DNA of 64,000 nucleotides, from NCBI GenBank assembly GCA_000002435.2, contig CM018792.1; one strand, given 5' to 3'. A program made the translations under genes and the position numbers. Shown piece by piece: positions 38,879-47,930 of the stretch. How positions within the stretch are numbered: position 1 is the first letter of the stretch; the number at the start of each line of letters is the position of its first letter. The DNA comes from Giardia intestinalis. Taxonomy: Eukaryota. The notes beneath the pieces were generated by a model. That model did no database searches and had not been told where the DNA came from. It saw nothing but the letters and a program-made list of their open reading frames with translations.

Positions 38879-38944
38879 AATCCTCTTCTCGCTTTTTTAT
38901 CTGATTTTTATTTTTGTCCTGGGCTGAACTCCTCCTCCGTGAAG

Positions 38945-39634
38945 ATGTCATTTATCACGGAACAGAGTGCCATTCTCCGCTTAGCCGTGCTACCGCACGG
39001 TCTTTCTGACATGATAAAAGCATCAAAGGCGCATTTAAATCAATATCTTTTTAATCTGCTACCAACGACTCAGTCCCTCTTATTGGGTTATAAGGACATC
39101 GAACTTATAGGAGAAACAGCAGCACTAACGTACCATTCGTCTCATGTTCACTTTACAGCGCGGTGCACGCTCTTGCTCTTCAGGCCGGAACCAGAGAGCC
39201 TTATACATGCAACGATAAAGCATACGTGGCCTCGCTTTATCTACCTTCTCTTTCGCGGCTCACTACCCGTTTATGTTTCCGATCCAGGTGTGAGGTACAT
39301 CTATAAACAGGGTGTCTATTGTGATAAGGACACCGGAGAGCAGCTTACAACGGACATGGTGCTTCAGGTGCGCGTGAAATCTTTCGGGGTGCGGAAGGGA
39401 TCATACGCGATCACTTGTTCAATGGATGACCCGGAGTATCGCATTGTAAGCAAGCCAGAGCCTGTTGCCACAGAAGCAGAGACCAGTATCTACGATGGAG
39501 TGGACAGCGTGTCTACAGTCTGTCAAGACCCAGGTGGGCCATACTACGATGCAGACGAGTATGAGGCGATAGGTGATGAAAAGAAGGAAATCGACGCAGA
39601 CTTCTATCAGGACCCTATCAGTGACCAGGTTTAG
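38945..39634 (+). CDS. Hypothetical; possible Rpb7-like RNA polymerase subunit (RPA43/RPC25-type N-terminal domain)
   Basis: Track start at 38864 is TTG; first ATG is 38945 (MSFITEQSAILRL...). Segment HVHFTARCTLLLFRPEPESLIHATI resembles the Rpb7-family core V-x-F-x-a-x-v-F-r-P-f-x-g-E-v-l-x-g-x-I. Confidence 0.3.
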   Translation: MSFITEQSAILRLAVLPHGLSDMIKASKAHLNQYLFNLLPTTQSLLLGYKDIELIGETAALTYHSSHVHFTARCTLLLFRPEPESLIHATIKHTWPRFIYLLFRGSLPVYVSDPGVRYIYKQGVYCDKDTGEQLTTDMVLQVRVKSFGVRKGSYAITCSMDDPEYRIVSKPEPVATEAETSIYDGVDSVSTVCQDPGGPYYDADEYEAIGDEKKEIDADFYQDPISDQV

Positions 39635-40650
39635 ATTCTGGACGAGTAACCCCTGCATGCCTGGAGCCATCTCACCACATCCCGGAGAGTATCTCGTGCT
39701 GGGCGGTGGGTGTGATCAAGATCTGTTTCAGCATGTTTGCTGTCTCCGAACCAATACATGCATGCATATTCTGTCAGTTCTTGTGGGTAGTTTGTCAAAT
39801 GGAGGATTCTTCCAATGTAAACTAAGGGTTTTATCAGCGCCCTAGGAAGCTGTATGGACAATGTTCCTGTCCCGCATAGCTTGGAGGTTTCCCTTGCTAA
39901 TTCTGCGATTGTGATGTCCTCACCTCCAACATAATATATATGTCCGTGTGCCCCTGCTGATATGGCATTTGCAATAGTGCGTGCTGCGTCGTCCCGGTGC
40001 AGAATTGAGAGCCCACCAGGGGTGATGAAACTAAGGCGTCTATGAATGTACTCCATGACATTTCCCGCTGTCACCAGACGATCATCGTTCGGGCCGTATG
40101 TCTCTGCCAGACGTAGAATGACAAGTCTGCGCACGATATCCGGGGATTGCTTTAATAGAAAGGCTTCAGTATCACGCTTAGCAGAAGCGTAGTTCAGGAG
40201 CACGGGCACAGGCTTTTCAGACAGTGTTCTTCTCGCTGGGCCTGCTGCAGCGGATGAAATGTAGATGAAGTTGACTTGCTTGGCAGTGCGGGCCAGTGCA
40301 GAGATCAGCGTTTTAGTATATGCAAAGCTACTATCGTATGCATTAACACGAGCAAGGTCGCTCCATGCTGAGACTGCTGCTAAGTGGACCACCGTGTCAA
40401 ATTGTAAGTTTCTGATTGCCTGCTCTACAGTCACGGGGTCATCAAAGTTGCACTCACAAAGGTTGTGTTTGACCTGACTAGAAGAAAAGAGTTTGAGGAG
40501 GCCTTTTGTATCACTGGTTTTGCGATGCGTACAGATTAAAGAGGCGCCGCGCTTAATTAACTCTGAGGCCAGAGCCAGGCCGATGAAGCCTGTTGCCCCT
40601 GTAAGCAAAATGGTGCTGCTGTTAGTGAGTGCCCATCCCTCACAAGACAT
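39631..40650 (-). CDS. NAD(P)-dependent epimerase/dehydratase family protein (extended SDR)
   Basis: 339 aa; ATG at 40648-40650. N-terminal Rossmann motif ILLTGATGFIGLALASELIKRG; extended-SDR-like architecture. Confidence 0.6.
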   Translation of the reverse strand: MSCEGWALTNSSTILLTGATGFIGLALASELIKRGASLICTHRKTSDTKGLLKLFSSSQVKHNLCECNFDDPVTVEQAIRNLQFDTVVHLAAVSAWSDLARVNAYDSSFAYTKTLISALARTAKQVNFIYISSAAAGPARRTLSEKPVPVLLNYASAKRDTEAFLLKQSPDIVRRLVILRLAETYGPNDDRLVTAGNVMEYIHRRLSFITPGGLSILHRDDAARTIANAISAGAHGHIYYVGGEDITIAELARETSKLCGTGTLSIQLPRALIKPLVYIGRILHLTNYPQELTEYACMYWFGDSKHAETDLDHTHRPARDTLRDVVRWLQACRGYSSRI

Positions 40651-40685
40651 GTATGCCCGGCACAGCAGAGACTATAAAAAATCTC

Positions 40686-41585
40686 ATGCTTTTCTTCAGA
40701 GATGGATGCTGTACCACTGTAGAAGGGACTACTGCAGACGTCCTAACTACTGCGCCCCGGGGTGCATACACCCGCTTTTGTACCGTCCATCGAGACCGGA
40801 TCCTGTATCTGGCCGAGCATGTTACACGACTCCGCAAGTCCCTTTTGGGTATGTTAGATGATCGCTATGTGGAACTGTATCATCTCTCCATACCCAACAT
40901 GAGTAAGCACAGACAAGAGGCGGAGGACAAATTCACTGAGGCTTTTTTGGCTGAGTATATGATAAAGGCTGCTGACTGTATGTTGAAGCAGATTCCGACC
41001 GGTGACATACGTGTAGATGTGCACCTATCTGCATACGAACCTGGATTCCCCATGTTTGCGCTGGGCACTCCCGTTCCTAATCAAGATGAGACCAAAGACA
41101 CAGTTATTCTGGAGAGAGGAGAGCGAAGAACACCTACCATAAAGGATACACAGTGGATTAAGGAGCGCAAACCACTGGAAAGCTTTCTCGGAGACACCGT
41201 GGAAGAAGTTGTTCTAATGGATGATGAAGGCTATCTTTATGAAGGAATATCATCTAACTTCTTCGTGTTGTTGCGGAGGGACGACGGAGCACTAGTCCTT
41301 CAGACGGCAGAAGACGAGTATGTTCTTCGGGGCACAATTCGATCTATGGTCTTATCCACTGCCAAGGACCTGAATGTTTTGGTCGAGATGTCTCGTCCCA
41401 GAATAGCAGACATAAACAAGTGGATAGGGGTCTTCATCACTAGTACTACGCGTAGAGTGAAGCCTATTTCTCGCGTCTTCCTCGACGGAACCACTTACGA
41501 CTTTTCTACAGACGAGCCTTCCCGTTTTAAAGATGCAATAAGACAATCCGAACTTAGTCATGGATCTCTGATAGCAACTGAATAG
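40686..41585 (+). CDS. Aminotransferase class IV family protein (branched-chain/D-amino-acid aminotransferase or aminodeoxychorismate-lyase-like)
   Basis: Track start at 40629 is GTG. I chose the ATG at 40686 (MLFFRDG...), preceded by gactataaaaaatctc. GAYTRFCTVHRDRILYLAEHVTRLRKS and EGISSNFFVLLRRDDGALVLQTAEDEYVLRGTIRSMVL match fold-type IV PLP-enzyme motifs. Confidence 0.55.
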   Translation: MLFFRDGCCTTVEGTTADVLTTAPRGAYTRFCTVHRDRILYLAEHVTRLRKSLLGMLDDRYVELYHLSIPNMSKHRQEAEDKFTEAFLAEYMIKAADCMLKQIPTGDIRVDVHLSAYEPGFPMFALGTPVPNQDETKDTVILERGERRTPTIKDTQWIKERKPLESFLGDTVEEVVLMDDEGYLYEGISSNFFVLLRRDDGALVLQTAEDEYVLRGTIRSMVLSTAKDLNVLVEMSRPRIADINKWIGVFITSTTRRVKPISRVFLDGTTYDFSTDEPSRFKDAIRQSELSHGSLIATE

Positions 41586-41640
41586 ACCTAACCGTGTGGC
41601 TTTTACTTCTACGACGAAGTCCAGGCCAAAATCGCTGAAT

Positions 41641-42417
41641 CTAGGCCTGCCCCCCGCATATTGCAACACTAGCGCTGGCACCAATTCTATCTGCTCCTGA
41701 ACACACCATTTCCTGTGCCGCTTCTGCGCTGCGGATGCCTCCAGCCGCCTTGACCTTCATCTTGTCTCCAGCAACCAACCTCATAATGCGTACATGTTCG
41801 GCCTTGGCCCCTCCAGCCTTGTGCATACCCGTTGACGTCTTGATGAAGTCGGCTCCAGCAGCTAGTGAAAGAAGAGATGAATCAATGATAAGGTCATCGG
41901 TTTCAAGACAGGTACACTCTAGGATCACTTTCAGAGTAGCAGGCTTGCTCCCATAATGGCAAACACTTGCAACCGCTTTGATGTCCTCATAAACCTCTTT
42001 GTACATGCCAGCCTTCAGCCATCCACAGTTGATCACCATATCTATTTCCTGGACACCGAGCTGGACGAGCTCCCTCGTTTCTGATATCTTGGCTGCAGTC
42101 GTCATGCATCCTAAAGGAAATCCTATCACACAGCACGTCTTGACTTCAGATCCAGCAAGTTTCTTTGTAATCTGTCTGGCGTAGCAGCCATTCACGCAAA
42201 CGGCAGTAAACCCAAATCGGACTGCTTCATCACAGAGCTTGTCAATGTCAGCAGGGCGTGCATCCAGGTTTAAATTAGTGTGATCAATGTATTTGGCCAG
42301 ATCGCTTGCACAGCTTCGTGGAAGGGCCCCAGGGTTAACGCTGGGACGAACGGGGACTCCAAGCAGGTCCTCCAGATGGCGAGCGCGCTCCTCGATGAGA
42401 CCAACAAGTGACTCCAT
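41641..42417 (-). CDS. deoC: Deoxyribose-phosphate aldolase
   Basis: Track start is TTG; ATG at 42415-42417 (MESLVGLIEERARHLEDLLG). IDHTNL...AVCVN...GFPLG...DMVIN...FIKTSTG...KAAGGIR are DERA/DeoC hallmarks, including the Schiff-base lysine context. Confidence 0.8.
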   Translation of the reverse strand: MESLVGLIEERARHLEDLLGVPVRPSVNPGALPRSCASDLAKYIDHTNLNLDARPADIDKLCDEAVRFGFTAVCVNGCYARQITKKLAGSEVKTCCVIGFPLGCMTTAAKISETRELVQLGVQEIDMVINCGWLKAGMYKEVYEDIKAVASVCHYGSKPATLKVILECTCLETDDLIIDSSLLSLAAGADFIKTSTGMHKAGGAKAEHVRIMRLVAGDKMKVKAAGGIRSAEAAQEMVCSGADRIGASASVAICGGQA

Positions 42418-42469
42418 TAATTGGCTTTTATTTATTATAAAACCCTTTAGCAATGATACAGAACCTTAC

Positions 42470-45400
42470 CTACTTCTTTTCGGGCGGTGGCGCTATTCCC
42501 AAAGCATCGCAGAGCTCATTGCGTGCACCATTTATTTCTGTTGTTGTTAGAACAGGCCAATCGTAAGATGTCAAGATCTCCACTGCTCGCTTCACAGTTG
42601 CATCATTCGGGGGAGATGTAATAAGTAACAGCTCAAGAATTCCGTCACACGCTGTGTCCCGTAGCCTGCTAATCTTGTGCCCAAGGAAAAGAACAAGCCC
42701 CTTGATGGCTCGCTCATATGTTTTTATGTATCCACTCCGCTTCGCCACGATTCCGGCACCAGCAAAGCAAGCCACCACTACCTGAAGTATCTGAATTCTC
42801 GATATCCCCTTGCCTAAAGTTATGAGGTTGCCTAGGAGTTCGAAGAGCTTTGAGTCGCTCTCTATAGCTACATGACTAATCAGAAGGAAGTTTAGCAGCT
42901 TAATTGAAGCATCGGTTACATTAATAGAATATGAATCTGTCAGATTGGAACGTTGTACAGTCTTAGTAATCATATCGTAAAGAGCCATCTTAGCTATCTC
43001 ACCCAAGGACAGAAGCCTTAGCTTAAGATCGTCAGGCATGCGAATTCGGTTTGACGTGGAGCCTGTGAGCAGAATCTTCTTCTTTGACTTGTCGAATATT
43101 TCAGAAAGAAAGTTAACAAGATACGTGGATGTCGTCTCTGACATGACGCCGAAGGAATAGGAGAATGCTGCTGCTGCCATGCCCGTATAGCTCTCATGGC
43201 CCATAAAAAGAACAACCAGAACATTAAGTGCGGTATGAGCCAATCTTGGCACGAGGGTCAACAAATTGACGGTAGAATCATCATCTAAGGGGTCATCATC
43301 GCGAGACTCGCGTTTGTGTAAGTCGTACAAATAGTTGTTGGAATCTATCTCTTCCCGCTCTTGCCGATCTCGACGAGCTTGCTCCTTCATCTGGGACACG
43401 ATCTTCTTTTCTGCAATGTAGTCCTGCATGTACCACTCCAGGTGATCCAGATTGATGCCAGGGACGAAGATAATCCTATCTTTACAATCTTCATAGAAAG
43501 AGATGAGAGAGTCAATCCTCATTATATCAATTCTGCTGCCAAGAAATTCTATAACTGCGCAAATATAGGTATCGCTAAGAAATGCGGTGACACAACCGTT
43601 TTTACGCAACACGCTACGCAAGATCCGGAAGCCCTTTAGCCGTACCAGACTCCCTACGTCTCCTCGTTGACTAGAACTGTAATCGTGAAGGCATACATTG
43701 AAAATCTTCAAGAAGGATTGCTTCTGTGCATCAGTAATATTGTCAAGAGCCAACAGGGTGCTTTCAACGGTGGAAAGGATATACAGGCGTAGAACATAGC
43801 CAGAGGGAGAAATCCCCTTATCCAACTCCGTTAATATTGCACTCAAAATGTAGCTGACTTCTTCGCGTCGAAAAGAGGCCGGAAGAAGCCCTAAACCGGT
43901 CAGATATGCGAGCTGAGATCTAAAGTCTGTGTTTTCCAGACAATCTTTGAAAAACTCATTTGAAAGAGGAGATACCGTGTTTGCTGTATCCCGCATAACA
44001 TGTGCAGAAGTAGTTCTTTCGGCTGTGACCCGCATAGACGCCGTATAATAGTCTGCCAGAGCACGTAGCGCCAGAATAACGTCATTCGTGTTAGACGTAT
44101 CAAACATGGCAATTGACATGCTATCTATGGTAGAGGTTATAGAATGCTCTAAAACGGATAGCAAATAGAGCAAGTATACGGAATATATGTGCTTATTTAG
44201 GATAGTTCCGCCTGTGAGATTCGGATTTGTACTTGCAAAAGCCTTGATCAAGAGAGCGGTAGCACTTATGATACTAGTATTTGCATCGGCGTTGTCCCTA
44301 AAGCGCTTTCCCCTTGCAAACAATTCGGATTGCATAGTCGACAATTGAAGAATTAAGTTATTAGCTTCTGAAGCACGAGAATCTTCAGAATCAGCCAGGA
44401 GAGTGAGACTGTTTGCAATACCAAGAATAAAACCACAGTATGAGACCCAGTCATCTTCGCAGGAGGTGTCTTTAAGACAGTCCACTAAAAAGCCGATGAT
44501 CCTGAGGGCGCAACCGCACCTATCCTCTGCCCCACCTAGAGCCTGTATTAGCAGGGGTAGAGCGCGTGCAGCATAATCTCGAATAGCATCATCCCAATGG
44601 ACAAGATATCTATCACAGATGGCTCCGACAAAATTTTCTGCATAAGACTTATCCAAGGCAGCTAATCGAGGGGCAATCTCCATGTAGCTGATCTTTCGGG
44701 CGCCCAAAGAAAAGTAGTCGACCAGCGCTGAAGATAGTACAGCCGAAGGGACGTATGGATCACCAACACGGCCCGCAAGCTCCTGAAAGGCAGCAGCAGC
44801 TGAGCGGCGGAGGTTAATTTCTCTGTCAAAGCAGGTAACCACAAGCAGCTCCGAGGCTAGTTCCGAGCAGACGTCACGCAGCTGCACAGAGGAGGAGTAG
44901 ACCCGTGCCAGTGCCCAAGAGACAAAGCATGCAGAGTCCTTCACAATGGACCATGCCCCCTTTTTGCGCTCAAATCGAAGAGACTTTTTCGTCACATCAA
45001 AAACCTCTGGTATTCTGCTGGGGGGTAAATAGCCGTGTCTTATAAGCTCTCCTAAGGCCATATTTGCCCCATGCCACGTTTCTGGTGTCTCTGCCGGTGA
45101 AAAGTAGGATAGTATCTCGACAATAACTTCGTCAGCAAATAGAAAAGGGAGCCGACCCACAACAAGAGCAAGGCCTCGGGCAGAAGATAGACGGATGCCG
45201 GTGTCATCATCTGAAATACCGACCAGGAGGGAGTCTATGAAGTAGTCAAAAGACGGAGGGACATAGAAGCCCTCCAGCTCGAGCAACTTCTCATGGTGTA
45301 AAAGAATTCCTTCTGCTTCAGCATCTAGGAGTTGTTTGCGCCATCTAAAAGGCTGAGTTGGAAGATACATTGATGCTAATCTAGTCGATAGCACAATGCA

Positions 45401-46345
45401 CAATCTTCTAATCTCTCTGCTATCATCCTTGAGTAATATGGACAGAGTATGCTCCGGTGTCTTTATAATGCTATCTCCAAGCAGCCTAATGTGGTCACGC
45501 TCAGAAAATCGTACTATGTAGCTCAGGGTGATCAAGTATGCAGGAGTTCGATTGACAGTTGTGTCCCTTCCCCGCCTAAGGATAGGCGCAACGCAATCTT
45601 TGTTTCGGACAATTTCAGCAGTGTATTCTCTTAGCTGCACATTGAACTCCTCTAGAATAGAGGGGAGCAGAGTGTCTCTGAGATCCGGGCGCGTAACAAA
45701 GCGTGCCAGCATTTCGGCCGCAATAATGTATTCCTTGCCCATGGATTCAAATGCTTGCTTAGCGAGTGTGACGACGGTGTCTGGTAAGGTACCGCTACTG
45801 TCTACAAGATGGATATCAAATGGTACTCCAACCAGGATGGAAAGAGATGCAAAGAGCACAGACACAACTTGCTGTTTTGCATTAGAAGAAACATCCTTCT
45901 CATCGTAAACATCGTTGAACGATGGGATAGTGATTTCAGAAGGGTCTGTTTCTGGATTATTCTTGTCGAGACTGGCGATAGAAAGCTTTTTAGCATCCCA
46001 GCCATACCAGCGGGAGAGTAAGTGGATGCAGGGCTCCAGGTGCGTGACACTGTTAGGGAAGTAGCGTCCTACGGCAGAAAGCTGTCTCACTTCTATCAAT
46101 AGATATAGCATAGTGTAGAGCCATGGCTGCGATATCGCTCCCTTTTCAATATCCTTCTGCAAGTGTGCGACTAGAGGCTCTGCCAGTTGGGCGAGGTGGG
46201 TGTCCAGGAGGTGAGGAGACTCAAGATATTCCCTGAGTTGTACGCCATACCGCAGAGCTAGCTGATAGCCAAACTTCTCAACTGTCTCCTTAAGCGCTCG
46301 CTCAGTGAGAGAGATCAGATCCGCTATGATATCTGTTGAAGGCAT
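42470..46345 (-). CDS. TBCD: Tubulin-specific chaperone D (tubulin folding cofactor D), HEAT-repeat protein
   Basis: 1291 aa with ATG verified. N-terminal LREYLESPHLLDTHLAQLAEPLV...LYLLIEVRQLSAVGRYFPNSVTHLEPCIHLL aligns to TBCD [23 protein letters not shown]...[31 protein letters not shown]. Confidence 0.7.
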   Translation of the reverse strand: MPSTDIIADLISLTERALKETVEKFGYQLALRYGVQLREYLESPHLLDTHLAQLAEPLVAHLQKDIEKGAISQPWLYTMLYLLIEVRQLSAVGRYFPNSVTHLEPCIHLLSRWYGWDAKKLSIASLDKNNPETDPSEITIPSFNDVYDEKDVSSNAKQQVVSVLFASLSILVGVPFDIHLVDSSGTLPDTVVTLAKQAFESMGKEYIIAAEMLARFVTRPDLRDTLLPSILEEFNVQLREYTAEIVRNKDCVAPILRRGRDTTVNRTPAYLITLSYIVRFSERDHIRLLGDSIIKTPEHTLSILLKDDSREIRRLCIVLSTRLASMYLPTQPFRWRKQLLDAEAEGILLHHEKLLELEGFYVPPSFDYFIDSLLVGISDDDTGIRLSSARGLALVVGRLPFLFADEVIVEILSYFSPAETPETWHGANMALGELIRHGYLPPSRIPEVFDVTKKSLRFERKKGAWSIVKDSACFVSWALARVYSSSVQLRDVCSELASELLVVTCFDREINLRRSAAAAFQELAGRVGDPYVPSAVLSSALVDYFSLGARKISYMEIAPRLAALDKSYAENFVGAICDRYLVHWDDAIRDYAARALPLLIQALGGAEDRCGCALRIIGFLVDCLKDTSCEDDWVSYCGFILGIANSLTLLADSEDSRASEANNLILQLSTMQSELFARGKRFRDNADANTSIISATALLIKAFASTNPNLTGGTILNKHIYSVYLLYLLSVLEHSITSTIDSMSIAMFDTSNTNDVILALRALADYYTASMRVTAERTTSAHVMRDTANTVSPLSNEFFKDCLENTDFRSQLAYLTGLGLLPASFRREEVSYILSAILTELDKGISPSGYVLRLYILSTVESTLLALDNITDAQKQSFLKIFNVCLHDYSSSQRGDVGSLVRLKGFRILRSVLRKNGCVTAFLSDTYICAVIEFLGSRIDIMRIDSLISFYEDCKDRIIFVPGINLDHLEWYMQDYIAEKKIVSQMKEQARRDRQEREEIDSNNYLYDLHKRESRDDDPLDDDSTVNLLTLVPRLAHTALNVLVVLFMGHESYTGMAAAAFSYSFGVMSETTSTYLVNFLSEIFDKSKKKILLTGSTSNRIRMPDDLKLRLLSLGEIAKMALYDMITKTVQRSNLTDSYSINVTDASIKLLNFLLISHVAIESDSKLFELLGNLITLGKGISRIQILQVVVACFAGAGIVAKRSGYIKTYERAIKGLVLFLGHKISRLRDTACDGILELLLITSPPNDATVKRAVEILTSYDWPVLTTTEINGARNELCDALGIAPPPEKK

Positions 46346-46436
46346 GGACTCTGCAGAATAAACAAACTCAATATTTCATTTCACCATGTCATATTAAAAT
46401 GAGTGACATCATGTGACGGCAAGGAATCAAAAACAG

Positions 46437-47066
46437 ATGGCTCGGCTTGTGGAGATGCTCATGGACATTCCCCCGGTTTCTCGTGTTGCGGCAATTACGG
46501 CTGCATTCCTCTCTCTGGGCACAACGCTTCGCATTATGAATCCGTTTCTTTTTAACCTATCGTGGCCTGCGATTATTTACAGGGGCCAGCTGTGGCGCCT
46601 GGTCACGTCCTTCCTCTACTTTGGAGACTTCAGTATAGGAGTCATCTTCACCACCGTTCAGAACATCTCCTACTTGAGGTCCCTTGAAAAGGAGACGTTT
46701 GCTGGCCGGCCAACAGAGTTCTTGCTCTTCTTGTTCTTTCTTTGGGCGTCTATACTTCTCATCAGTTTTATCTATTCTATGTTTTACGTCACAACCCCAT
46801 TCTTCACAGGGGTCATGTATCTCTGGGGGCGGACGAATCCCGACAAGCTAATTAGTTTTTACGGGATCATCACCCTCCAGGCCTGTTACCTGCCCATAGT
46901 GTTCATAGTCATAACGCTCTGGCAGAAGCAGAGCATTATCCCGCTCCTAATTGGTGTGGGCCTCGGGCACGTCTTCTACTTCCTCTACGACATTTGTCCG
47001 CGTGTGTATGGCACGTCTCCGATTCAGAAAGTAGCTCAGCGAATTGAAAGACTCTTTAGGCGTTGA
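46437..47066 (+). CDS. Derlin (ERAD Der1-like family)
   Basis: Track start at 46413 is GTG; ATG at 46437 gives MARLVEMLMDIPPVSRVAAITAAFLSLGT..., matching the Derlin N-terminus ([24 protein letters not shown]). QLWRLVTSFLYFG matches FQIWRLITNFLFFG. Four TM segments. Confidence 0.75.
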   Translation: MARLVEMLMDIPPVSRVAAITAAFLSLGTTLRIMNPFLFNLSWPAIIYRGQLWRLVTSFLYFGDFSIGVIFTTVQNISYLRSLEKETFAGRPTEFLLFLFFLWASILLISFIYSMFYVTTPFFTGVMYLWGRTNPDKLISFYGIITLQACYLPIVFIVITLWQKQSIIPLLIGVGLGHVFYFLYDICPRVYGTSPIQKVAQRIERLFRR

Positions 47067-47151
47067 ACAGATTTGATCAATCTGTAAATTGATTGATAGA
47101 ATTAATAGAATCAATAAAGATTGATTTAAAAAAATCTATTAATTCTAATTG

Positions 47152-47928
47152 ATGACCAAGAAAATAAAAATGTTTTCGTACTATCCTAGGCCTAGCTACT
47201 GGCAAGGTGAATTCAACTGCATGCCCTCTCGTGCTCGCTATGTGCCCACTGCAAGGACAAGATCCCCACCTCGCTCAGCAACATCTCTACCGAGATCCAC
47301 GCGGGATTTACATGCTTCCAGAACTGCAACGTTTAATCCAACAGTATTCAAAACATACAATCCCGAGGCTCGAGCAAGCTTCACCAGCAAAGAGGTAGTG
47401 ACACTCACAGGGCCTGCCCCAAGATACATTGATGGCCATGCGATATACTGCCTCGAAAGCGTGCAGGATCCTCATGTACGAGTCGTGAAGGGAACAAAAG
47501 TGCAAGCATTTGATGCCGGCAAAGTCGTACTGGAGTTTCAGCTCCCATATGGTGTTTCCGCTACAGATATTAATGTTTTGTTCGCAGAGAATAAGCTGAA
47601 CATCCAGGTACCGCACTGTTTATCAGCAACTCAAGAGTGCCATATAGTAGATGTTGTTGACGGTCTTCTGGGTGATGAATACGATGAATATGGTCATTAT
47701 GAAAGCCTACAGGCCGAGATAAACAAAGAGGAGCAATTAGAGAGGCAGAAACGACAAGAAGAGGAAGAAAGGCGGCGATATAGGATGCTAATGGAAAGGG
47801 AGCGAAGGAGAGCTGAGGAGCAAGCATATACACAGTACAGGCCCAGAAAGTCTGATATTTTTGAACCAAGCGGATATTTCTTTCCATTTTCTAACCAGTC
47901 TAACTTTTCCCGGTTATTCTTTATGTAA
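47152..47928 (+). CDS. Hypothetical protein with possible CS/HSP20-like beta-sandwich domain and charged coiled-coil C-terminus
   Basis: ATG at 47152 follows an extremely AT-rich spacer. Segment KVVLEFQLPYGVSATDINVLFAENKLNIQVP resembles p23/CS or small-HSP core strands. C-terminal EEEERRRYRMLMERERRRAEEQ. Confidence 0.35.
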   Translation: MTKKIKMFSYYPRPSYWQGEFNCMPSRARYVPTARTRSPPRSATSLPRSTRDLHASRTATFNPTVFKTYNPEARASFTSKEVVTLTGPAPRYIDGHAIYCLESVQDPHVRVVKGTKVQAFDAGKVVLEFQLPYGVSATDINVLFAENKLNIQVPHCLSATQECHIVDVVDGLLGDEYDEYGHYESLQAEINKEEQLERQKRQEEEERRRYRMLMERERRRAEEQAYTQYRPRKSDIFEPSGYFFPFSNQSNFSRLFFM

Positions 47929-47930
47929 AC

